DNA of 64,000 bases from Ramazzottius varieornatus (lineage: Eukaryota; Animalia; Tardigrada): assembly GCA_001949185.1 (NCBI GenBank), contig BDGG01000018.1, positions 310,001 through 374,000 of the forward strand, written 5' to 3'. Below are positions 24,901 to 36,167 of this stretch, in pieces. A program made the position numbers and the translations under genes. How positions within the stretch are numbered: the stretch's first letter is position 1; each line of letters starts with the position of its first letter. Under the pieces are notes generated by a model. The model saw only the letters and a program-made list of their open reading frames with translations, ran no database searches and was not told where the DNA came from.

Positions 24901-27900
24901 GAACTGGGCCCATCATTCGTTGCAGGTCTGAAGCCATCGAAGAAGAAAGTGATGAACTTGATCACCAAAGGCAAGTACTCTTCGGGTAAGAAGAAGGACC
25001 TCTTTGACGACCTGGAGCAGTCCTTTCAACCGGGCAAAGGGGGCGAGTCGGAGAGTGAGGAACCTGCCGCTCACTCTGCCGAATGGCAGGCCTACCAGAA
25101 CATGACGGCGCGGGTGGAGCAGACGATGGGTGCAGCCAGACAGAAGATTACACCGCTGCACACTCCCTCATCTCCTCCATCGGACAACTCGCTCCATCCC
25201 TCGCCTGCCCGACCGGCCCCACCCAGCAGACCTGTCTCGCCAATGCCCAAAGCCAACGTTGACGACCTACTGGCAGTACTGGACCAACCGGCCCAAGAGG
25301 AAGTGAAGAAGGCGGCAGGGCCACCGGGTAGACCGCCGCCACCCAAAGGCAAACCTGGTCGACCACCGCCACCCAAGAAAGCCGAGACGCCAACGACGCC
25401 TCGAGTTACACCGACTAACGTTGAAGTGACTAACACTCAGGTACAAATTACTTGTCCTTACCTTAACCCAACTTTCTCATTATGTTCGTTTCTTTCATCC
25501 TTGCGTAGACTTGTTTCCGGCTTCCGCTTCGTCTGTTCGATCTGTTCATTTTCCTTTCCTAATTTATTTATTTACAGATATTTTTGCTTTACCCTTTGGT
25601 TCTTCATTCATTTCTCAGTCTATTTTGGCGCAAGGAACGTTTGGTCATTTTCGTGTAAAGTGGATTCAAGGTTGCAAAAGTTGGTTCGGTTCGGTTCGGG
25701 TCTAGTCTCATCGAAGCATAGCAAAAAAGGCTGTTAAGTGAGCTTAACGTTGGATGTTGTAGAATGTTGCTCAAGAGACGTCGTCCAGTGCGATCGACGA
25801 GCTGGCCGATTTCTTCAGTGCTCCAGTACCTGCTCCAACCCCTTCCAAGGCCGAAAAGCTTCCCCTTAACAAAATTTCCTCCTCGTCCAGCCGTTCTGCC
25901 CAATCAGCCCCCGCTGCCACCCGCGCCCCAGCGTCTGCCTCGCAGGTCGTGCCCACTGAAATCAAGCCGCTTGCTCGACCCAAACCCGGTGATAAGTCCA
26001 CCAAGTCCACAGCAGCCACCGAGGCGCCACTGGAGAAAGCAGTGAGCAAAGCTGCGACACCGGCTGCTCCTCCGCCCAAGAAATCCATCGATGACTTACT
26101 GGGTCTTTTCGATGTCGACCCCCAACCTCAAGCAGTACCTGTCACCGCCACTCCAGAGGATATTGTTAAGGTGGAACCTGCAGAGCGAGATCCCTTTGCC
26201 ACGGAAGACCCTTTTGCTTCGACGGTTTCAAGTCAGGCGGTGCCTGCAGCCACCACGCCCTCTGCCGTCTATACGCACCGAGGAGCCAATGGCTTTATCA
26301 CTCGCGACGACTTTGATACGACTGAGACGGTCCACGATGGACAGGCGCCCCAGGAAAACAACGGTAAACTGGCCCAATACAGAAAACTGTCTAGTCCATC
26401 ATTGGTTTCTTAAGACACTAAGTCTCTCTTGTACTGCAGTACATCTTGATGATCGACATGGAAAACCTTATTGACTTTTTTCTACGTTGATTTCATGTCT
26501 TACAGGCCTCAAGGAGCAGCAAGGAGGAGAAAGTGGGGCAGCAAGCGCCACTCAGCCTTCTCCAGCAGATGAAGGCAATGTGAAAGTCAACGGTACCTCG
26601 TCGGCGTCGACCACCAGCGAGTCGTGGGACCCATGGGCTTCCACACCAGCCCAAGTCACTGCCGTCACTTCCTCGCCCAGCAGCGCACCACCCACTGTAC
26701 CAGCCCGTCCTCCTCCACCACCTCGCCCTCCCTCCTCTACACCCAAAATGTCGCGCAAGGACATGTTCCTGCAGTCCAACTCGCAAGACTCGGACGTCAC
26801 CTTCGCTGCGGCCTTCAGCCACACACGCGATGAAAGTCCCGACGAAGAAGCCCCCACAGATTTAAGCGTCACCGGCCATGCTATCAAGGCAGCTGAGCTG
26901 GCTGAAGCCGCGCAGCAGACGACCGTCGTCTCCCAAGTGGAAAGCATGCTTGTCCATAGTCAACCTAGCCCCACTCCAAGTCGTAAAGCCAGCCACTTGT
27001 TACCCAAGGCTAACGGGGGAGATTTCAGTGCATGGGGCGATGACGATAGCAGCGCCAGCAAGAACGCTTTCCAAGCCAACTTTGACAGCGACCCTTTCGC
27101 TGACAACACGGCTGCAGCAACCCAAGAGACAGACCCCAGCGACCCGGAAGCGGCCATGTTGAAATTGGTGGCCAGCTACAAGAACAAAGCTCCGGAGAAG
27201 ATCAACCTCAACGCCGAAGCCTTGGACGATTCCTTCTTTGACCCCTTCGCCACCATCGTCCCTGAAGAGTCACCACTTCCGCCTCAGAGAGCGCCAGCGG
27301 CCAGCGAAGAGGACGACTTTGCCATATGGGAAGCACCTGGTGCAAGACCAGCTACACTGCCGGCTAAAGGACGAGCTGGTCGAAAGATGTCACAACAGTC
27401 CAACGCTTCCAGAAGAACCTCCCAAGGTTCAGCCAGCACGCCGTTATACGATGAAGACGACACGGCGCCCATGCCAGAGTTCATGTGGGACCATCCCCAG
27501 TCATCGTGGACGCTGGCTTTACGATACCCACCCAAAAAGACCTTCACCGGTACCCGTGGCTGGAAGGACATTTTCGTCAAGCTACAAGACAACGTCATCC
27601 TACTGTATCACAACGCCAAAGAAGCCAAGCCCTTCCACGAGGTGCCGCTACAAGGTAACTACGTCGTGACGGAGATTGCCGTCCATCAGGAATTGGACGT
27701 CTTCACCAAGATTTTCACCACCAAGATCGAGTATGTCCTCTATAAAGAACGGGTGGGCATTCGACCAGGGCAAATTGGCAAGATCAACAAGGGGCAGATT
27801 ACCAAGTTGGGTCTTCCGCTGGAACACGCTTCACAGAATACGGAGCTGCTGAAGTTTGGCTCCTTGAGGATCGGGGTGCTGCGCGACTTTGTCCACGCTA

Positions 27901-29470
27901 TCGAAGACGTCTTATTTCGTATGCCGATGGTCCGTGAACGTCCGATGATCTACAAACAGTCGGAAATACAAGCTCACGTTATCGATGAGTTTACAGCCAA
28001 AGTGGACAAGCAAGGAATAATTTCCGAGCGGAAAGGCCGAGTCAGAGTTTACTGCCTGGCATTCCTCTCCGGTATGCCCGAGGTGGAGTTTGGACTGAAT
28101 GATATCCAGCGCCGAGGGAAGGAAGTGGTGGGTCGACACGACATTCTACCCATCTACACCGAAGAGTGGATCCGCATGGAGAACGTCGAGATGCACCATT
28201 GTGTCTCCAAGGAGGAACACGCCAAGAACCAGATGATCAAGTTTGTCCCGCCCGACGCCTGCTTCTTTGAACTGGTCAGGTTCCGGGTGCGACCACCCAG
28301 GAGTCGCGACCTGCCCTTAGCCATCAAAGTCCACTTCATCATGGAAGGCTACAAAGTGGGCATTAAAGTCGAAGCCATGACGACCGACTACTACCGCAGG
28401 AAACGCGCGCAACCTTGTGATGACATCCAGATCAGGGTCCCCGTCCCCGAACAGTGGATCTACTTGTTCAGGACCGAGAAGCTCCTCGGCTATGGCTCCA
28501 AACATGCACAAAGCAAGAAAGGCAGTATGATGAAGGTCAGAACGAAATTTATTCAGTAACATTGACGAGGGTAGAATCGGCTATGGACGTCGTTGCAGGA
28601 ATTACGGGAGAAAATTCGAACTGCCGGCGCGGCTGTGCCCGATACCAGCGCCATCGCCGTTACAGCAGGCTCTGCGCGCTACGAACACTGCTACAGATCG
28701 CTAGTCTGGAGACTGAGCCGTCTTCCCAAGGAAGGCCAGGGTAAATATACAACCCTGCTCATTTTGATGAAGCTTCGTCCGTAGAAAGAGACCACATTCC
28801 TTTTCCTTTCCTCCCTCCGTTGCTTTCGCCTTTAGTCTGTGCACTTGCCGCCCATGCCAAAAAGACCTTTGCCGCCCTACTCGAACTTTGTTCAGTTTGT
28901 TGCCCAAGCTTGTTGCCGTATGGTTACAAATAGTAGGCGGGAGGGGGGGGGGGTTTGTTGGCCGTTGGATGCACCGAAGAAATGCGGCTTGTAGGTTGGG
29001 TCTTTTTGTAAAAAGTGTTCTATCATTTGAGAGCTCGGCAAACAAGTTCGATGAAATTATTGGCGCATAAGTGTAGTGTTATTGGCAGCAAGCGTGCGCC
29101 ACTTGGCCAAAAAGAATTTGCCCATTTTGCTTGGCGAGCTTCTGTTTCCTTCATTTCATTTGTGATAGTGGAAGCTTTTACCTTGGTGGTTGTAGGTGCG
29201 GGTTCGCAACATCAGATGACGTGTAAACTGGACCTCAACTCATACGACACAATGCCGCAAAGCTTTGAACCCAACGCGGAAATTGAGTTTACCATGCCAG
29301 CCGCCACCATGTCACACACAACTTTACGCAGCATCTCGACGACCTGTGACGAACCACCCGAGAAATGGGTCAAGTACCTGGCCAAATACGAATACGTCGT
29401 GGAGATCGACTACAAGATTGACCGGGGAGATGTCCAATTGTACGGCGATAGCGCCATCAACTTTGAATGA
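18903..29470 (+). CDS. stnB: Stonin (Stoned-A-like plus Stoned-B/UNC-41-like, with stonin-homology and mu-homology domains), ~2,576 aa
   Basis: Phase-compatible exons 18903-21942, 22418-22999, 23305-23850, 24926-25440, 25763-26363, 26506-28535, 28599-28740 and 29196-29470 total 7,731 nt with no internal stop. They carry DPF motifs, LRYPPKKTFTGTRGWKDIFVKL, GKEVVGRHDILPIYTEEWIR, FVPPDACFFELVRFRVRPP and EKWVKYLAKYEY. The start may lie further upstream. Confidence 0.85.
24754..24802. repeat. Palindromic element, copy 3
   Basis: AAAGTGGCGCAC-25nt-GTGCGCCACTTG, stonin intron. Confidence 0.85.
29057..29105. repeat. Palindromic element, copy 4
   Basis: TTATTGGCGCAT-25nt-GTGCGCCACTTG, last stonin intron. 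Confidence 0.8.
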
Positions 29471-29928
29471 CCGAAGACAGAACTGCAACCCAAAGCCATC
29501 AAGCAATATTTCCGTGATTTAAAAGAAAGAAGTGGATATTCTTTTCAGACAAACGTTTTACAGAGATGATTTTGTGGATGAAAAACTGGTCTCGTTTTAT
29601 TTGTGTGGATGACTGTTTGTGGATACAGAGGAAGTGGTCGTTTTTTCTGCAGACATTTGAGTTTTCTTTCCCCCGTGGTAATTGCGATAACTGAACAAAG
29701 TCCGGTGATATGTTATGTCCAAACAGCTACAAGTTGGCCAAAGCTTAGCTTGTACACTCTCCTGTCGAATTCCATCAAAATAATAAATTACTTATCCGTC
29801 AACTGAAACTCATTCACACTAAGAAAGCCGTCACGAAACCCATTCTAAGAAACAAAAGAAGGTACTATCCCCATCTGAAAATCACGACAATTAAAATTCA
29901 ATAGTGAAAAGATGAGGCTGTGGCAACT

Positions 29929-32067
29929 TCAGCTCTGTCCAGAACGAACAAGTTGGCCAATAATCTGACGCTTATCGTCAGTACCAGGCTTTTTGTACGA
30001 AGGCGGAAGGCACACTGGACCCAAAGTCACTGTCTGCGAGCTGGGAGCAAGTTCACACACCCCAACATAGCTATGGCCATTACTGTCAGCGCCTACCGTC
30101 AAGTCGACAGGAACATCTCTTCCCTCCCTACAGGCAGGTGCATTGGAGCAAGATGGCACAGGGGAGCCAATGCGACCAGCACTAGGACGTTCATACCTCA
30201 AGGAGCTCCTTCCTGTAAAACACAAAAGTACTTACTGTACAGAACTTGATCAGCTTCTTGCAGCAAAACCAAGACCGATGCAATGAAAGCTGGACAACTG
30301 AATGACATTCGCCACTTGTACCGTATCTTGTACCTAAATGGTCGGGGTGTTGAGCTAGTAATTGCTTAAGCGTTGCCAATGTGCTCGTCGCCGGAACGAC
30401 AATCGCCGGTCGTCCAGCACCTTTACCGTTGTGTGGAAACGAGGCGGCTGCTGCGAAAAGAAAATCAAACAGCTCTATCGACATACTGAAGAAAGACTGA
30501 AGACGATACTGTTCAAGTGTTGTTCCCTACGCAAAGCCAGCTCTGGACTTGGCACTTTTTCCATGTCTTTCTGACCTGCGTGAGAGGCTTGGTGAGCCAA
30601 CAGTGCTTCGAAGGTGGCGAAGGTCTTTCCGCAAGCATGACTGGCATGTTGGTGCAGGAGCTGTCCTCCCTCTCCCTTGCTCGTTTTTAGACACTCCTCG
30701 AAAAAATGTGGTGGACATTAGCCGGCCAGAGTCTGACGCTGATCGACTGGCGCTTTCGATTGAGGATACCACCTTCCTATGGCACTGCCATTGCCGCCGA
30801 CGCTCAACGACAACGCTGTATTGCTACTTCGGACGTGCAGCTGCCTTTCTGACGGGAATCTTAAAACGACTGACGGAACACCGAACTGGTTGACCTGTAC
30901 CGGTAGCGGAATAGCCGCCCTGACGTCGGCCTGTGCAACTGAAAGCTGCTGAAGGCTAGGCGACCTTTGTGGCTTGGGCGGCTTGGAAGGCAGGGACAGA
31001 TCCAAGGGGCAAGCCTCTTGAGGCGCCGTCAGCGGTACCACTTGCGGCACGGGTAGCAGTCGTCGTAAGCTCCTTCTGGGAGCAGGCGGAGGTGTAGGTG
31101 CTGCGGCAACTCGGGAAGAAGGCCTCAGTGGTGGCAGGTTTGGAGGAGGCTTGAGTAGCAGCGGTATGTAGGTCCTTGTCCCAACGAATAGAGGCAGTAG
31201 CCACTCGCCAGGCAGGACCGATGGTAGCGCTACTGTCGGACGAGCTTGCGGTAGCGCTTTACTGTGGGTAGGTGGTGCCGGTGGGGAGGGAGGAATTGGT
31301 AGAGGGGGAGGCATATCCATGTCTGGCTGGATGTTGGCCGGCAGAGGTTTGACGCATGATTTAAAGTGATGGGCCAAGGCTTGAGGGTTGATGAATGGCA
31401 CAGCGCACTTGACACAATGGAGCATTTCCTTGCCATGCACCTGGACACGGACATTCATGTGGCTGAGCAGGCTTTGCTGAGACTTGACCACCAGCTGGCA
31501 AACTTCACATCGTGGAGAGGCCTCATCTGTAACCACAGGGTAGGAAGATGGGGCATTTGCCGTCATGGAAGCTTCTCTGGTCAAAGAAACGTACGGTAAG
31601 CTGCGAAGTGCTTTCGCAGATATGCTTTGGCGCTGAACTGTTTTCCACAGGTTTTGCACTTGAAGGTTTTTTCCAAGCGGCTCCCCACCGTCGCCACCAC
31701 CACCACCACCAAGCAAAGAGGTGGTGATGTTTTCATTTGGCACTGCATCAAGCAGATGAGACAACGCTGTCTGTGTGGCAAGTATGACGACATAGGCCAC
31801 CTTAGCATCGATAGGCCTGTAGTTTTCTCTGGCAATCAAACGCGACGACAGCTTACCGTTATTTCCAGCCATGGAATTCTTTTGTGCTGCCGGCGGACCA
31901 TTTGAGGCTGTAGAATATACGTCCATGAATAAACGTATTCAGATTGCAGAAAGTGGACCAGAAAGTACCAAATAACGACGAGCCGGTCTAACCTGCTTGG
32001 GCATTCGTATTGAATGTCTTTGTGGATGGTCCTGCTTTCGCGATCTCCGACGAGGCTGCTGCTCCAT
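29929..32067 (-). pseudogene. Multi-C2H2 zinc-finger repressor-like gene, possibly frameshifted (gene vs pseudogene unresolved; 3' end approximate)
   Basis: Finger CKTCGKQFSAKAYLRKHFAAY|H is completed by a 68-nt intron (31594-31527), followed by CEVC..H and CVKC..HHFKSC. PLDLS (~31010) and PVDLT (~30105) are CtBP-type motifs, and the N-terminus reads RRRSRKQDHPQ. A further finger CQSC/GKTFATFEALLAHQASH is split by 4 extra nt near 30631. Confidence 0.55.
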
Positions 32068-32934
32068 CCATAGACGGAACTGATGAAATTTGAGAATAAA
32101 GCCAACGTTGGCCTTGATGTCTAAACTCTAAACCAGAAAAATACGCTGGGTTCACAAGAAATCTAACTTCGTAAGATTGCCAACTTTGTTGTGCGACTGC
32201 ATGACAGAGACTGACGAAATGGCGTGCCGCGACTCGCGCAGCCTTTCAACTGCTGGACCGGTGCCAGCGAGTACCCACTGGCGCGCGATGAGGTCAGGCC
32301 GTCCCGTTGGACGGACGTATCCCAGTCCGTCGTTCTGCCCTCCAATTTTCATAACCGCAATCGCCAGTTCCCCATGGTGCCTTATATTGTAAACCGCGTC
32401 GACCGCTGATGCAGCTTCAAGAAGGACATCATTCCCTTTACTCCAACCGGAAGTCGCCTAGGTTGCTGATTGGGCTTGACGAAATCTTCCATTGAAACAC
32501 AAATCTTCAACTCGAAGAATTACTGTAATGCTTCTTGAACTTCGCGTAGTACGTCATCATACGCGCAAAACATCCCTTAGGGGGCTGGTAGAGTCAAAGT
32601 TTCGGACCGGGGTTCGACTGCACGCGTATGTTTACGTAGTTCGCGAAGTTCAAGAAGCATTACAGTACCCGATTCCTTTCATGATATGGAACAAATACCG
32701 ACATTCAGAATTCGAAGACCGTTAACTCTACGTTCACTCCACAAAATCAAAACATAATACGGGGGAGAAAATATCTACGGGATAAACAAAAGCCGCTTTG
32801 AGATAAAACGCAAGATTGCGCGTACGTAACATTTCGACAAGACACAGCGAAGACCTACTGGAAGGTTCAAAGTTAGGATAGCAAGGATTTTGACTGTCGT
32901 CTGCAAAAGTAATCATCTGGTCGAACTGGGCCAG

Positions 32935-34789
32935 TTATGAATCGTCCGGGCTGTACCCATTAAGCTGTCCGTTTCGGGGTTCGGGAGTGGGAGACTTGAG
33001 AAGGGCCAACAGCGCCTGATGAGCTTCGCGTTGTTGAAGGAGGACATCCTTCAGCAAGTCATGCTGCAGCTGGTTCTGCTCGACGAACTGCTTCCACTTC
33101 TTCTCCTCAAAGTCCAACCTGGCTCGTTCCAGGTCCAGCTCTTTCTCGCGCAACTTTCGAGACTGCTGTAGTTCTCGCTCATACAGGTCCAGCTGGTTCT
33201 TATTCTGCTGGATCAACATGATGACGTAATCATGGGTGTTGGAAGTGGAAGACAGGTTGAGGGTGTAGGCCGACGTTGAGATCCTGGGCATAGTCGCCAG
33301 TGGCGGACTGGCCGAAGGTTCTCGCAGCGAGCTGGAGTTTTGAGAAGTATTGATGCTGTGTGTAGAAGATGTGGGGGACATGGCCACCATGATTTGCTGT
33401 GGCGCAGCGTGAGCGCGTTGTTTCTTGGCCGGTGGAGAGATGGGGAACTGCATAGCCTGGACGCGTTGCTGGATCTCGGTGGGTTGTGCCATGGACATGG
33501 GGAAGGAACGCTTGGAGGACTTTTCTTTGGAGCGAGGCATAACGGGCTTGTCGTCGGCCGCCTCGTCGTCCAAGCTGATTTCTCGCAGGTGGTCGATTTG
33601 AACGAGAAGACCCCATAGCATCTGGTACTGCTCTTCGGAGCCGGAGCGTTTCAACTTGGCGATTTCTTGGAGACGGTACTGGGAGAGCAGGTCGTCCAGA
33701 CGATGCTTGCAGGCTCGCTCTCCCGTTGGCTTTGCGAAGATCTACAAGCACGTAGAGTTGAAAGATGTTGCTGCGGACAAGACGTTTAGTCTGTCACCTG
33801 GGACCTTCTACTGGTCGGCCTAGCAGACCTGCCCCGTGGTCTGTAATAGTTGTGCATTACGGCGTTTAACACTCTGCGTACGACCGTCCTCTTTGTGTAT
33901 ACAATCACTCAGTTTTATTCACCTCCCAGTTTTAGATTTTGGTCTTTCGGGTCTCGGTCTTTTGTTTGCATGTACCTCGGTCTTCTCACCAAAGCAACAC
34001 TAATGACCAGCGGTCAGCAAGACCCCAGCACGCTGGAATTCTTCGGTTTCGGGTAGTTTTGGTGAAGTTTGGTGTTTCGTCTCTTCGCGCGAGACACGTG
34101 CACGGTATTCGCTCAGAAAAAAACTGGAGAACTGGGGACAGCCTTATCTATCGAAGCCAAGCCTGCGATAAATTTTGTAGTCATCAGTGCGGTCAGAAGA
34201 AAATCAAGACGACCAGTCTTCCCTTTTGAGATTTGGCGTTCATGGCCTGCCAATTATCCGAATTCTGAAACTTCGAAAATTGCCTATTGGTTGGACCAGC
34301 CTCCGCAACACGGTACCAGCCAATAAAATTCCTGTATACACAAAGAGGACAGTAGTATTCTGCAAACATGAAAGCGATCGTGCTGAAAGTGTTAATCGAG
34401 TACGTATAGTTCGTTAGGCTGTCATGTCAATGTCATACTGTGACAGGATACAGTACCGTAAACGGTGTGGTGAGCTGCACGGGCGAATGCAGCCAATGGT
34501 GTAAAGCACCCCGCGTCCCTCCACGGCTCACCACGACGTACGCACAATCGTAGAAAAACGCCGTGGTACAAGAGTAGGCATTTTTCCCCACAGTAGGCTG
34601 CGGGAAAGATTGCTGGAAGTTCAATGTTGAAATATTCCTTACCGGGATAGAGTTTAGATTATCCACAATCTGGAGCCACACCACGTTTTTGTGCTCGCAA
34701 TTGAAGGGATCAGCCTTCAGGACTTCTTCGCACAGCCAAATATCCTCCTCGATACGAAATCGATTGTACGTTCCTCGTGGCTGATTCAT
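32935..34789 (-). CDS. Myb/SANT-like DNA-binding domain plus C-terminal coiled-coil protein (~317 aa)
   Basis: Exons 34789-34643 and 33741-32935 join in phase 0: FRIEEDIWLCEEVLKADP...WLQIVDNLN..|..RACKHRLDDLLSQYR...RSGSEEQY. E/R/K/Q-rich coiled coil at the C-terminus. Confidence 0.7.
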
Positions 34790-36167
34790 TTCGGCAGAAT
34801 GTTGCGCTGACGAATTGTGCTAAAAGAGAAATTGGGCACGAGAAAACGCCTTGTAATCTTCTTGCGAGATGGAGAGATGAAGTGTACGTGATGGAGGCAG
34901 CTCGAGAGACGAGAAAGAAAAGTGTGAGCGTGCTGTTGGCTGCCACAGTGCCAAAGCGAATCCAACTGCGCGCATTACGAAAGCTGATACGAAGTTGCTT
35001 ATTCACTTTGAAGTAAAAATTGGTTAACATCGGTTGCGGGCATAAAATCGATCGTTGCGACTCTGAGCCAAATCGGTTTTCTCTCTCTGGCCAGTTTCGC
35101 TGTGTCTACTTTCAACCTCGTCTGCACTTTAAGCCCGAAATGCATAAAAATCTCTGTACGATCTAGGCAGCCCGAGACTTGCAATTCAACTTATCGCGCG
35201 CGGGTGCGATGCACGAATGGACAGCAATTTAAACAACCGTCTGAAGGAATGTGTGCTGACGAAATGAACCAGTTTCGACAGTCGCAGCACTGCTGGAAAA
35301 TGTCACTGACGTGCAGCGAAGTTGCTCAGCCGTACATGTACCCCGACCCAGTAGGGAAAACCCGTTCCCACACCGGAAGCCTGACGAAAGCAGATACAAA
35401 CGCCTTGCTTTACTCACAATTCGCAACCCCTTTTCGCCTTTCTGACCAACGGTCGTGATAGAAGGTTCTCAAAACAGGGCAGAGATAGGCATGAACCCTA
35501 GAGGATCGGACTGAAGATATCAAACTTTTCACCTGCAATTAATTTTATTGTTCATGGAACCTTTCTGCATTAATCAACAGCAGGTAGAGAAGGCAAGAGC
35601 AGTACTGTGGAACCGGCTCGCCTATTTCGAAAGTCTCTCATCATATCGCCCAGTTTGAGCCCCAGCGCCCCCTCGAGATTGCAGCGACTTCCGGTTATAC
35701 AATCCCACAGATGGCCGTCCAGTTCCAAGAGTCCGCTGGGATCCGTCTCCGCCAAATTCGCTAGGCACCAAGACTCGTTGCGGAATCCGCTGGCCGCTCA
35801 AGTCACCAACTGGCTTTAGCAATGCAGGCGGATCCGCCTTGTGTTGGCAACTTGAATTTCAGAAAATTTTTCCTTCCAGCTTGTTCAGACAAACTTCTCG
35901 CTTCATGAAAAATGACAGCGGTTTTTTTTCAGGTTTTTTGGTTTAAGTTGTTTGGAGCGGGTGCTAGGCCTTGGAGAGATGGACGCTAGTAGGGAAGAGG
36001 CTAGAGAATGATAGGCAGATCATTCCTGGACGGCTGACTCACCAGCGTAGCTCATTGCTGATTGAAAACATAGAGGGAATGCAAATGTGAGTTCGCTCGC
36101 AGAAGGATCACACTCTGTTTGGTGTCGTTCTCGCTCCCTGATGTTCGTCCACAAATAGCGCTCGAAA

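Noticed and set aside
24880-28559. Dicistronic stoned locus as in Drosophila
   Set aside because: The stops ending ORFs 24880-25737 and 25949-26413 lie inside predicted introns, so the spliced frame is continuous.
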